From NCBI GenBank assembly GCA_040954595.2, contig CM082576.2:15485028-15549027 (forward strand): DNA of 64,000 nt, read 5' to 3'. The notes under the pieces are model-generated. The model did not search any database. It was not told the DNA's origin and was given only the letters and a program-made list of their open reading frames with translations. Positions within the stretch are counted from its first letter, which is position 1, and each line of letters starts with the position of its first letter. A program made the translations under genes and the position numbers. Positions 42,746 to 55,500 of this stretch are shown here, in pieces. Origin of the DNA: Balanoglossus misakiensis (Eukaryota > Animalia > Hemichordata).

Positions 42746-43267
42746 TGTATGTATGAATGTATGTATGTATGTATGTATGTATGTATGTATGTATGTATGT
42801 ATGTATGTATGTATGTATGTATGTATGTATGTATGTATGTATGTATGTATGTATGTATGTATGTATGTATGTATGTATGTATGTATGTATGTATGTATGT
42901 ATGTATGTATGTATGTATGTATGTATGTATGTATGTATGTATGTATGTATGTATGTATGTATGTATGTATGTATGTATGTATGTATGTATGTATGTATGT
43001 ATGTATGTATGTATGTATGTATGTATGTATGTATGTATGTATGTATGTATGTATGTATGTATGTATGTATGTATGTATGTATGTATGTATGTATGTATGT
43101 ATGTATGTATGTATGTATGTATGTATGTATGTATGTATGTATGTATGTATGTATGTATGTATGTATGTATGTATGTATGTATGTATGTATGTATGTATGT
43201 ATGTATGTATGTATGTATGTATGTATGTATGTATGTATGTATGTATGTATGTATGTATGTATGTATG
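42700..43267. repeat. (TATG)n microsatellite
   Basis: Seen directly. Confidence 0.97.
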
Positions 43268-44723
43268 TTACTACATACATGCAGAACAGTTGCTAAGCAA
43301 TTAAACCATTTTTGCTGTTGTTTAATCATTTTCAGGTGATTGACAAAACGCAAATCCTGTACCTGGGTAACGTTAAAGACATGGATCTGTAAACCGAAAG
43401 TGGAACACGTGTTCTGAAAATAATTTTAAATCAATGTTAATCGATGGAATTTGTGAATTATAATGAACACCAACAGTTTTACTCTCTTGTCTTGTATTTT
43501 GTCGTGTTGCTTGAGGATTTCTTCACATCTCTTTTGTCAGAGTGGTGCAGCAACGAATGAAAGTTTTAAAGCAATAATTAAAGCATGGTTAGGTACTAAC
43601 AAAGAAATTACCTGAAAAGAAATTGCTTCATGATTTCTCAAATTCGTTCTCTTCCTGGAAATAGTTATTTCTTGACAATAAAAGTATATCTCAAAAAGCA
43701 TTTGACTTGTTCTTTTGTGTTGCAAATCTACTATTTGAGATAAAAAAAACAACGATCTCTGGAAGTGAAATTTAAACCAAACACCTTGTTCGTCATATCT
43801 TATGGGGCATTTTTTAATGTTTTTTTGTTGTTATTTTTTTCTACACGAAACCTCGCAATCATGCGTATGAATACGCACTCCATGACTACATAAACGAGTT
43901 CCACTGTAGTTACCGGTACATTTAGCGTTAAAATAAGTTGTGATGGGTGTGGAACGAAATGGACAAATGTCCGATTTAGGTGAAAATAAATTTGCGACCA
44001 TCACGAACCTCGCTAAACTACCTTAACACTTCGCATACATAACATCAATATCATGGTGGCTTAATGGGGGAAGCAACGTCGGAGATAATGATATGGATGG
44101 GTGTTTGAATGTGACACATTTGACAGTCACGACGCTGCATATAGGCCTTCATTCGATCGATCAGTGAAGAAGGCAAAGAACTGACTGTGTTATGAATTGT
44201 GCACTCCAGTGGCCGAATCTGTCAGGGGTGTATATCATGTCTTGCTTTGCCGAAGGTAGAATCTTCCGCTCCATTCAAGTCGGTAGAAGTGAAATGAATT
44301 GTCTGAATGATGTGCAGGGTCTTTCAAGAGCAATAATATCACGTGATTGTAAAATGATAGAATGGCTTGTCATAGTATGATTCTTATTGAGTTTACAGCC
44401 TATCGGTGGAATCCCGCATGCACTATGCCCCACCAACATAACAATGCTATCTTTCCCGTCTTTGTAAATGTGTTATACCAAAGGGCATTAATTATATTTA
44501 CCGTAGCGTCAAAAGAAATCTCACTTGATCAGATCGATTTCAAAGAACACTAATGCATTTTAATGGTAGAATTGTTAATGGACGTGTATACAATTCCTTG
44601 AGTTTGAAATTGAGTGTCAAGTGTTTTGAAAATGAATTTTTATAAATAATCGATGCTCCTTAATTCCAGTTCACGAATTAACTGTCAACATGATTAGTGA
44701 AGAAATTAAATCGCTAGATATGA

Positions 44724-47700
44724 GAATGTGAGTGAGTATTTATTGCATTACAAGGCCTCCGGCCCATATACAGTATAGTTCTCAGCATAAAAATTGGTGA
44801 GGTCATACAGAGCTCTTAAAGATGCTATTTTACAGAGAATGATTTCTTTTGATAAATGCATAATGGACGTATTTACATAAATTGATTAATAAATCAGGTT
44901 GAGTAGATTGCAAAAGTCTATTAAATTTAACATGGTTGGTATCGTTATAGAAATAAAGGGGAATGTATTTTTGTCTTAGCTCTTTGTAAAATGGACAAAT
45001 CAGCAAAAAATGAAATTCGTCTTCCAGAAGTCTGAGGTTACATAATAGGCAAAGTCTATCTGTTAAATCAATGTTGTGGTGTCTCCCTACTTCAATACTC
45101 AGTTGCATCACGGAGCATCGAAAACGGGCAAAAGCTCTTATGTACTTGGTGTTACAATTTAATGAAAGGTATTTCTCAGGTTCTAATAAACTCTTGAAAC
45201 AAGCATAAGTGCGTAGTTTGGGTTTTTGGGTGATACCGTATTTCCACTGTTGTTTACAGATATCCGAAACTCGGGCAGTAAATTCAGAAATAAATAAATG
45301 TCTGTCGCCTACTTCCTGGAACAGCCAGGCATATCCAAAACCATAGGAAAATAAAATGTTTTTCAAAGACGTTGCCCAAGTCTGTCTGCCCATCTCATCC
45401 AGCCTAGTCAACATAACATAAGCTTGTTTCGGCAGACGATCTCTACTCATTTCTAAAAGCTTAAACCAGTAGTTTACACACCGTTTCATTGTTGTTACAA
45501 AAATGGGCAATCGCCCACATTCCCCAATAACAGCTTCACTGGCGGTATTACTTGGCACTCCCAGAAGCTTAATACACCATTTTCTATGCACCCTTTCAAG
45601 AACATCAAAGTATTGAAAACCCCAGATTTCTGCACCATAGCAAAGTATAGGGAGTACCATGGAATCAAAAAGTTTAAAATGACAACTCACTGGGAAATTT
45701 CCAACTTTATAAGATAATTTCCAACTTTATAAGATGCTACAGATATTATTGTCATAGCTTTGTTACCCTGATCTGCAAGATTTGACACAGCTTTTGACCA
45801 TGAATTTCGTGTAGATAATACTAAACCCAAGTACTTGTAGTAGGAGACAACTTCTATTTTTGAAGTGCCAATGAACCAATTTTCAAAACGGGATTTGTGG
45901 CCTCCTTTTCGGAAGATGACAATTTTTGTTTTGGCAAGATTTACTTCCATATGCCATTTTCTACAGAATTGAGAGAGGACGTCTATTAGATTTTGTAGGT
46001 TTCTGACTGAGTCTGCAAACAATACAATGTCATCTGCATAAAGTAGACAAAATAAATCGTACATTTCTTGCGTTAACTGTATACCCATCTGACTCGTATT
46101 CATCAACATACAATTAAGTTATTCAATAAAGAAAGAAAATAACAGTGGACTTAAAACACAACCTTGGCGAACGCCATTTGGGCATTCAAAAGTATTCGAC
46201 AAAGTATTTCCAGATCTTACGCAAGCCTTAACATTACTATACATAGAGTAGAGTATCTGATACATTTTCCCGTTAAGACCTAGAGAAAATAACCTGTACA
46301 TCAGCAAGGAATGATTAATACGATCAAATGCTTTAGAGAAGTCCACGAAAAGACAATAAAATTTCCCCCGTCTGACACTCAAATATTTTTGAATTATAGC
46401 GTGCAGTACGAATATATTATCTACCGTACTATGGCCCTTACGGAATCCTGCTTGACAATCAGATAAGTTGTTCATTGAATCAGACCACTGTGTAAGTCTG
46501 GTGTTCAGTATAGAAGTAAATACTTTGCCGAGAACATTTAACAAGGAGATACCTCTATAATTGTTCACGTCTTGTCTGGAGCCCTTCTTAAAAAGGGGAA
46601 TGACAATAGCACTAGCCCATTCGGTGGGGAAATTTCCAGAATCAAACACGTAATTCAAAAGCTCAATCAGAAGAGGCAAAATCACATTAGCAGAGTATTT
46701 ATAAAATTCACATGGTATCCCATCTGGACCAGATGATTTCCCGTGTTTTAAACGGTAAAGACTTTTAATAATCTCATTTTCTGTGATCGGTGAATTGATC
46801 ATGCTATCAGAATCCATGTCAGTATTGTCTGAAGGAACATGATTGTCCAATATTTCGTTAACAGACTGAAAAAAACCCAGGTCGATCTGAGTGTCCTCTT
46901 CTGCATTGCAATGGAAACCTGTGTACAAATCTCGAAAATATTCGTACCACGTATCTATGTCAATATCATTGCGCATGGAACCTTTCCTATTTACAATTGT
47001 CTTGAGCACATTCCAGAAGTCCTTAGCTCCCTTGGAAGAGGCTTCCATTAATTTTGCTTTTATCGATCGTTGATAGTCACATTTACTGTCACGACAAGCC
47101 TGTTTGAAGTTCCTCTTCGCCGTTTTATAAATCTCGAGATTTACACTCGTTGTATTACGCCGGAAAAGTGAAAGCTTCTCATACATCGACGACTTTGCGG
47201 TCTTACATGTCCTTCCGAACCATGGAGGCTGATTATCAGAAACCCGGGAGATACCGGCAGTAAAACAATTGCGACCAGCTGTTTGAAGTGCTTTGTTCAA
47301 TGATGAGATCGCCAGACTGACGTTTGGCAGAGAACAGGAGGCATCTTCCAAGTGCTTTTGTACAACGGGTGAAGACAGATTTTGAATGAAACTATTTTTA
47401 CTTTGTTCCGACCATCGGTACCGTCCTTTTGTTCTTGCGCTGGAATGTGACATCTGTGCATGTCCTTGTGAATTTGCATCTGATTGCACACTACGCAGAT
47501 GGCAGACAAGTGGGAAGTGATCTGATTCGGTCCTTTCAAGCACATTGAAATAAACGATCGAATCAAATAGCTCAGAGGAGGCAATAAAGTAATCAATGAC
47601 ACTAGCACCGTTTCCTGCTACACAAGTGACATTCCCGTTTTTGTCATTTGACAATCTGCCATTCAAAATATGCACATCGAATGGTCTACAAATCTCAAGC

Positions 47701-48602
47701 AGCGCTCTGCCACCTTCATTAACAATACAATCTTTTGAGATGCGAAGACAATGGAAACAGTCTGAAACATACTCAGTATTTTCCAATGGCAAATATTTCG
47801 TTGAGTCATCGGGAATAAAATCCAATTCTGTGCCCGTTCTTGCATTAAAATCTCCAGCAAGTAACAATACAGAGTGTGGGTAGAGACTTTGTAGGTTAAT
47901 TAAATAATTACCAAGCTCTTCGATTGTAACAACAGCATTTTGGGGTCTTATATAACAGCATATAAGGATCACGTCTTTCTCGAAAGGAAAGAGAGATTTG
48001 TCAAAAGACAACGAAATACAATTCTCAAAATTACTTTGAAGTTTACGAACATAACACGAAATACTTTTTCGAACATACACCGAGACTCCGCCACTTGGCC
48101 GGCCTCTCTGACTACGTCTTATGGCAGGATACGAAAAAATCTTATAATGTTCCAGGAATTTGACAGAGTCTTCCGTGAGACAGAACGTTTCAACAAAACA
48201 GCAAACATCATAGCGATTGCACATAGAAATGAAGTCAGGGTTTGATGATTTGTTTTTCAGTCCTCTGATGTTCCAACTTAGAAATGACAGTTCTGAGTAT
48301 GTTGGGCCTTGGCCGCTTTCCTATCTCCGGTCATAGATATGGTGAGCTGGGAGTTCTTCTACTTGTCTGGTCTTTTCATTCACTTTGTATACCTTCTTCT
48401 CTCCGTTTTCATCCGTACACACTAGCTTGTCATATCGGACATGGGCTTTTAACTTTTCGTTCTCAGCGATGAGGGATTTCCGATAGTCTACAAGGATAGA
48501 TCGAATGACGCGGATTCTCTTGGAAAAATCCTCGCCAATGCTCACACCTGTGCCTTTCAGTTTGGTGGCTCGCTCTTGGACATGGCTGCGATCCTTAAAC
48601 TT
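44724..48602 (-). mobile_element. RTEX-like non-LTR retrotransposon, 5'-truncated in ORF1; ORF2 (APE + RT + C-terminal CCHC) is broken
   Basis: ORF1 tail KLKGTGVSIGEDFS; APE motifs SWNIRG, LAGDFNAR, IDYF, SDHFP; RT motifs VDFSKAFD, GVRQGCVLSPLLF, YADD; CLLC...EDEFHFLLIC. Breaks at ~46119 and ~45687. 3' AATAAA plus short (TCAC) tail. Candidate TSD GATATGA at 44717-44723 and 48603-48609. Clade assignment is from motif recall. Confidence 0.88.
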
Positions 48603-49951
48603 GATATGACTTGTTTCCAAGGGAGGTATTTGATTAAGCTATTCTGTTCATCAGTCAAAATCTCGAATTGTCCACAACTTACACTTTCAATAACAAGACG
48701 CCGTGGCCTTTCCAAAGATTGAGTACACTATTTCAAAATCACCATAAGATTGAAAATGAATATTAGCTGGATACAGGTGACGATTTTGCATCACGTTTCA
48801 CGGTTGCGGAACAGGTGTACATTGACGATCATTTTTTTTTATGTCGAAGCACCAGTAACTATCAACTTTGGGCCATTTTCTCAGTATTGTTGTTTGTGTA
48901 TAAACTGTGGTAAAATGTTCTAATTTTGGAAAACATAAATAATTGCTCAGCTCAGAGTTTAGATTTCCAACGCAGCCATTTTGTGTAGTTATCATGCAGT
49001 GTTGTTATTGTTGATAATTGATAATTGAAGTCCGGTCATATTCGTTTGTCAACAACAACATTAACAGTGGGCAGACTTTGTTGAGGAGCTAGAGACTGAA
49101 TATTCCATAAAGCTATCCAGAGTAGAAAAGAAACTGGGGTTGATGCATGGGAGAAAAATCACGAAGAAAATAGCCAAAGTCAGCATTACTGAGGCTTAAT
49201 AAAGATTGCACAACAACTCTGTTATGTTATTTTATTACAAGGTGAGGCAAGGTGTCATATCGGTAAGTCTTATTCAGTCTCAACTCGTTCGGGCGATTTT
49301 CACTTCAGTTCTTAAACAGAGATAGGTTTAACATTTTAAAAATGAATCGGTGCATCCCTTAGCTGAACTCGTTCTAAAAGAACTCCCAGCTAAAACACCA
49401 AGGGAGACTTGGGTCAGGTAGAAGGTGGGAGAGAAGGAGTATTTCGAATTAATTCCCTCCTCTATTTTCTATTAAGAGTGTAATGTCAATACTCGGGCTT
49501 GTCTTATAGTAACACCCGGGCCCCGCAGTACAAACGGCTGTTTTCAACTATTTGTATCGCAACACTTTTTGGACAAACGACCTAAATACCTTTCTTTGCC
49601 TTCGTATATATTCTACTCGACTATGCACAAGCGTACATCATTTGCATTTGACTAGCGACTATTTATAAATATATGGAACAAAGACGGCGGTAAACAGCGA
49701 CAAAGAAAACTGTTTTCCGGGTTCAAAGGTTGATGCGATTCTATTGGGATTTATGTAAAGTCGACATGTAAATTTTGAGCTCACACCCATGTTGAATTCA
49801 TGTAGGAATGGGGTCAGTTAAAATCACACGACCTTCTCCACCTTTCCCAGGCCTTCGAAGTATTTTTCGTTTCCTGTTGATGTCGAAGGTGTGCATTCAG
49901 TTGCCCCATTTCCTACATACATCATACCCTGCGTAGAAATCCTGAGCTGCT

Positions 49952-51521
49952 ATGGCTAGACCAACACTTCTAGTGGTGTTGTGTACCACCATCTGCCAAC
50001 AGGGCTTCGTGTCTGTTGTAGGGCAGTCAACTGTCAAGGGAGAATATCAGTGCCTGACCCAACGCCATGATTGCCACAACGACAACTCGTGTTCGTACAC
50101 TTTTACTTTACCTCGGACGGATGGCCAGGAGTGTCCGGAAATTCGTGATGCCATCCTAGATGTACAAGCACTGAAGAAAGAAATTGAGGAGTTGAAACTT
50201 GGTGATGAAAGACAACAACGGCTAATGGAGGAGCTAAACGAAACTGTGAGAGAGCAGCAGCTATCATTAGAAGAAATGAATGAAACTCTGACAGAGTTGA
50301 CTTCAGGTAGCTGAGCTGTAATTTACTAAAAACACCGAATGATCGATTTCATTAACTGCACATTTCATTATTTTGTCCTGTAAACCACAATCTCTGAAGT
50401 TTAACACAATATTTTTTATGTTTTATACAGGCGCATGTCTTACAGTTACCAAGGACATATTGAAGTTTGAAAGCCGTCTAAATCTGACCGCGGTTACATC
50501 AGAAATCACAAAATCAACTACAGTAATTGGTTTGAATGCTTTTAACTCGGACGATAGGACTTATCTACAGGTAGCCACACTTGAGGAATTGCACGTTTAC
50601 GAGTTCTCGAGTAATCACGAGGCATTGGAAAAAGTACAAACAATAACAACAGTGGATAATTATGGCGCACCATATCGCTTTTGGACTGGACCAAATTACT
50701 TCCAAATGGATGGGCAACATTATGTCATCGACAGCGGAGACCAAAGGAGAAGTAATCATGTTTACAGGTGGAACGGAACACAGTTCACTGAAGTTGACAT
50801 TATCCAATTTCACGGCTATACCTGGTACACTGAAGTGAGCATGGCATGGTCGTTTGTACAAAGTAAGACACATGAAGTGACCTTTCTGGCAAACGCGTTT
50901 TGTAGTCATGCAGATGCAGCAATGCACAATAATGCAGTTGTTTATATTTTGAATGGAAGTCATTTCCAGTATTTTCAGGACATCTTTAACGATCGGAATG
51001 CGGCAGATCTTCAGTTTTTCCAACCCAACAACCAAGATATCTATCTTTGTCTCGGCATCGTTACAAGCCCGAACGTCCATACATCATTCATTTACAAATA
51101 TAATGCCTCAGTCTCCCAGTTTGTTCACCATCAAAGTTTACAAGTGCAGGGTGGAGGAGACACGACATCAGACATGTTAATTTTTGACATCCGGGATAAG
51201 ACATTCTTATTGCAAACAATGTACTGGTCTTTCTCTCTTCTGTATACATGGAACACAACAACTTCTGCCTTTGAAGTTCATCAGAAAATAATTATAGACT
51301 ACGGAAGACAGGCGTGCTACGTCGAGTACTGTGATCAACACTTCTTAGTGATTGTAAGCGCTAACGTCGGTTTTGTCGTGTATAAGTTGCGTGGCGACTA
51401 TTTTGATGAGCACCAAGTCTTCCACACGATTCAAGGTACTTGGATGCACGCGTGTTCCGTGTTCCGTGTAGATGGTGTTCAGTATTTGGCAGTCGATAAG
51501 ATGACATACGTTCTGGTGTAA
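49952..51521 (+). CDS. Secreted protein: signal peptide, angiopoietin-like N-terminal Cys motif, coiled coil, EPTP/EAR-repeat beta-propeller; exons 49952-50306 and 50431-51521
   Basis: Signal MARPTLLVVLC..; CSYTFTLP....C; heptad coiled coil; repeats YRWNGTQFTEVDII, YILNGSHFQYFQDI, YKYNASVSQFVHHQSL, YTWNTTTSAFEVHQKI, YKLRGDYFDEHQVF; phase-1 GT-AG intron; AATAAA at ~51615. Confidence 0.82.
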
Positions 51522-52505
51522 ATCTGTTCATGACAAGCCATCATAGTTAATTTCATGGTCGTCTGCAATTATAGATTTACAGGATCATGCATGTTAGAGA
51601 ATCTGAAAACGAGAAATAAACATTGATACATTTATTGATTTGTAACGCGGTGTAAACGTTAAGCTGTTATAATATGTCGATTGTAGCAACTATAATGATT
51701 TTTAAATAGAAGATCATAGACCTTGCCTATGTAATACAGATTAATTTTAATTGCAAGTCCTTTTCTCTTTATTATTTTATTTTGTTTTCAATATACATGT
51801 ATTTAGTGCTGGGTGTTTTGGAATATAGGGCGATATATTATAGTATTTATGCTTTATGTAATGTTATGTTCTGAAAAAAGGTAAATAGATTACCGGAAAA
51901 CAATGTCATGTTTAATCTTTGATATTAGGTAACCCTTTCAGCTCAGCTAATATTTCAGAAATCGATTTTAAAAACCTGTGAGTCACAATAAGTAAATAAA
52001 GTTGTGCAAATTACAAATTGAACTTGTTGTTTGCGTTTGTAAACTCCATCTTTATGAACTAATCGATAACGTGAAATCAATAAAGCCTTTATGGCAATAT
52101 ACAAACTATTATAGTAAGGTCTAAAACCTTAGCACTCAGTTAAAATATTCCGCCAGGTGTTAACTCATAAATATTCATAATGATCAGTATAAAGTAGTGC
52201 CCGTGGGAGCACAAGGTGTCATTTCTCACACAGCCAGGGTGGTGAAGATAGGGAGTAAGGATGTACAGCGTTTACATGTAGGAATAGCTTGGAGGACATT
52301 GGGGCTAGAGCTTTGATTTTCGTCCCACACCCTCCACCGTCTACCCTGTAGTCAATGGAGGATACTTTGATCATGATATACCTCAACATTGTTCGCACCC
52401 TACCCAATCCTGAACACAATAAGTAATATCATTGAGCGAAGTGATTAGGCTTTAAGTATTGTCATATTAACAAAGCTATGATGACGTAGTAAGCGCTACA
52501 ATCGT

Positions 52506-52513
52506 TATAAAAA
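52506..52513 (+). promoter_or_regulatory. Putative TATA box of the nAChR-like gene
   Basis: TATAAAAA about 70 bp upstream of GCCATG at 52577. Confidence 0.45.
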
Positions 52514-52576
52514 GGCGGCGCCTGACGATCCCCCGGTGATACTGCCGAGAGTCTGCAGAAACACACTGTTGGAGCC

Positions 52577-55500
52577 ATGTCTCTTCGATCTGCAATTTTC
52601 CGTTGTGTTGTCATCTTCGTCTCCATAGCAACGGTTATCGGTTCCGGTGAGTACTGATATAGATGCTATATCGCATATACGCGGTTATTTTCATTTTTTT
52701 GCATCAGCTTGCTCAGTAATTAAATAAAACTCGCACCAGCTTTGGTTATCGAACGTCATAAAGCAAAGTGTGCTCTCACAAAATAGTTCTGAAAAATTAG
52801 AAGATAATAAAATATGTGCAGCGTCTGTCAACAGGGGCAAAGACGATTGTCGGCCATCGCAACTTAAGCGAGCATTTCTTGCGGCATATTCAAAGTAGAC
52901 CTTGTCTTCAATTTTATAGAACATTTTCACGAGACGGTGGATGAGTTGCACCGCCATCTTTTCAACAGCAACTACAGCAAACACGCAATCCCAATATTCA
53001 ACGGCGAAGCTATCCAGTTCGATATTGGCGTGTATCTGGTCATGCTTTTGGACGTGGTAGGTAATTTTTGATCGATATGAGACGTGAGATATCAGCCAAC
53101 CAACCAACCAACCAACCAACCAACAAAGTCCTCGTTGTCAAGGCAATGATGCCACATTCTTGTAATTCATTCCAAGCTAATGCCATTCGTATTCATTTGT
53201 CACACAGGATGAAAAACAGCAAACTATTAGAGCGAGGATATGGACAGAACAGTGGGTGGGTGGGTGGGTGGGTGGTTGTGTGGGTGGGTTTAATGGGTGT
53301 CTGGGTTTATGGGTGGGTGGTTTGGTGGGTTTGGGTGGGAGGGTTGTTGGGTTGGATGGATGGATGGATTGATGGATGGGTTGGTGGGTGGTTGGGTGGG
53401 TGGGTGGTTGAGTGGGTGGGTGGTGGATGGATGGATGGATGGATGGATGGATGGGTGGGTGTCTGGGTTTATGAGTGGGTGGTTTGGTGGGTTTGGGTGG
53501 GAGGGTTGTTGGGTTGGATGGATGGATGGATTGATGGATGGGTTGGTGGGTGGTTGGGTGGGTGGGTGGTTGAGTGGGTGGGTTTAATGGGTGTCTGGGT
53601 TTATGGGTGGGTGGTTTGGTGGGTTTGGGTGGGAGGGTTGTTGGGTTGGATGGATGGATGGATTGATGGATGGGTTGGTGGGTGGTTGGGTGGGTGGGTG
53701 GTTGAGTGGGTGGGTGGTGGATGGATGGATGGATGGATGGATGGGTGGGTGTCTGGGTTTATGAGTGGGTGGTTTGGTAGGTTTGGGTGGGAGGGTTGGC
53801 TGGCTGGCTGGATGGATGGATGGATGGATGGGTTGGTGGGTGGTTGGGTGGGTGGGTGGTTGAGTGGGTGGGTGGTGGATGGATGGATGGATGGATGGAT
53901 GGATGGATGGGTGGGTGTCTGGGTTTATGAGTGGGTGGTTTGGTAGGTTTGGGTGGGAGGGTTGGCTGGCTGGATGGATGGATGGATGGATGGGTTGGTG
54001 GGTGGTTGGGTGGGTGGGTGGTTGAGTGGGTGGGTGGTGGATGGATGGATGGATGGATGGATGGATGGGTGGGTGTCTGGGTTTATGAGTGGGTGGTTTG
54101 GTAGGTTTGGGTGGGAGGGTGGGCTGGCTGGATGGATGGATGGATGGATGGGTGGGTGGGTGGGTGGTTGAGTGGGTGGGTGGTGGATGGATGGATGGAT
54201 GGGTTGGTGGGTGGTTGGGTGGGTGGGTGGTTGAGTGGGTGGGTGGTGGATGGATGGATGGATGGATGGATGGATGGGTGGGTGTCTGGGTTTATTTTTT
54301 TTTTTTTTTTTTTTTTATTTCATAAATATGCAAACACATAACATAGAAACAAACGAAATTACAAACACAGATACTACAAAAATACACAATAAAGGGATTG
54401 AGTAGTGCTTAGTTTACAGTTGATATTTGTCTTTCAAAATTGATACAAACGCCTCAAAAGTTGGTTGTCTATTGTGTAGTTTACAGGTATATATGAAAAA
54501 CTTGGCTTGTAAGATAATGTAATTTATCATCACAAAATTGTGGTGTTTCAGAATACCAAGATAGATTGCAGACCGGTTTAAGTTGATATTTGCATTTTTG
54601 AAAAAATAGTTATTCACTCGCTCCCAGAAGTCTTTTGTATATTTACAATCAATAAAAAGATGGTCTTTTGTTTGAATAAATACATGGCAGAAATTACACA
54701 GGTTACTTTGTACTACATTCATTTTCACCAAAATTGCATTAGTAAAAATCAAATTATTTAACAGTTTTTGTTGAAAACATCTCACAGTGGATTCAGTTAT
54801 CACTTGTTTTGTAATAAGACAATGTTTGACCCAATCATCATTACTTAAATTAAAAGTGTCACAATAATATTTTCTGGCTTCAGTTTTCTTCAGATGTCTT
54901 TGCAAAATTATCTCATAATACTGTTTAGTAGTGATTTTTGTACAGTCCTAGCATATTTCACCATGGTATAAGTATGGTTTTAAAGGTACATTTAAAGATC
55001 GATTTTCCAAGGATGCCTCTCTGAGCGCAATTGGTGTAGCCTTCACCAAACACCAGAGCTTGAAAATCATATTCTCTGTGAAATTTACATTTCTCAAAAT
55101 ATCTACATTGTCTTGTATAATGGGCTTATTATCGTTCGTAAAGATATCATGTACATAAATGATGCCATTTGTAAATAAGTCATGAAAGTACACAGAATCT
55201 CCTCCAATACATATATTCTTATTATTCCAGATTAATCTATCACTCTCAATTATGTTCTTGTGATCCCATTTTTTCACTTCGGCCCACACTCGCAAAATAT
55301 CCTTGTAAAACAAAGGCAAATTTGAAGGAATAGTTTGCATATCGTAATTACAACACAGCAGAAGTTTCCCTCCCCTTCTTCCGAAGATAATATAAAGGGA
55401 TCAATTTCCATTGTCCCTTTGTTACGTGCAAGCGTCTGATCCAAGTCAATTTATTGGCCTGAGACCAGGACAACAGGTGAGTAAGACCGAAGCCCCCATC

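Noticed and set aside
53068-54341. Trp/Gly-rich ORFs resembling membrane proteins
   Set aside because: They are translations of the GGGT/GGAT minisatellite within an intron.
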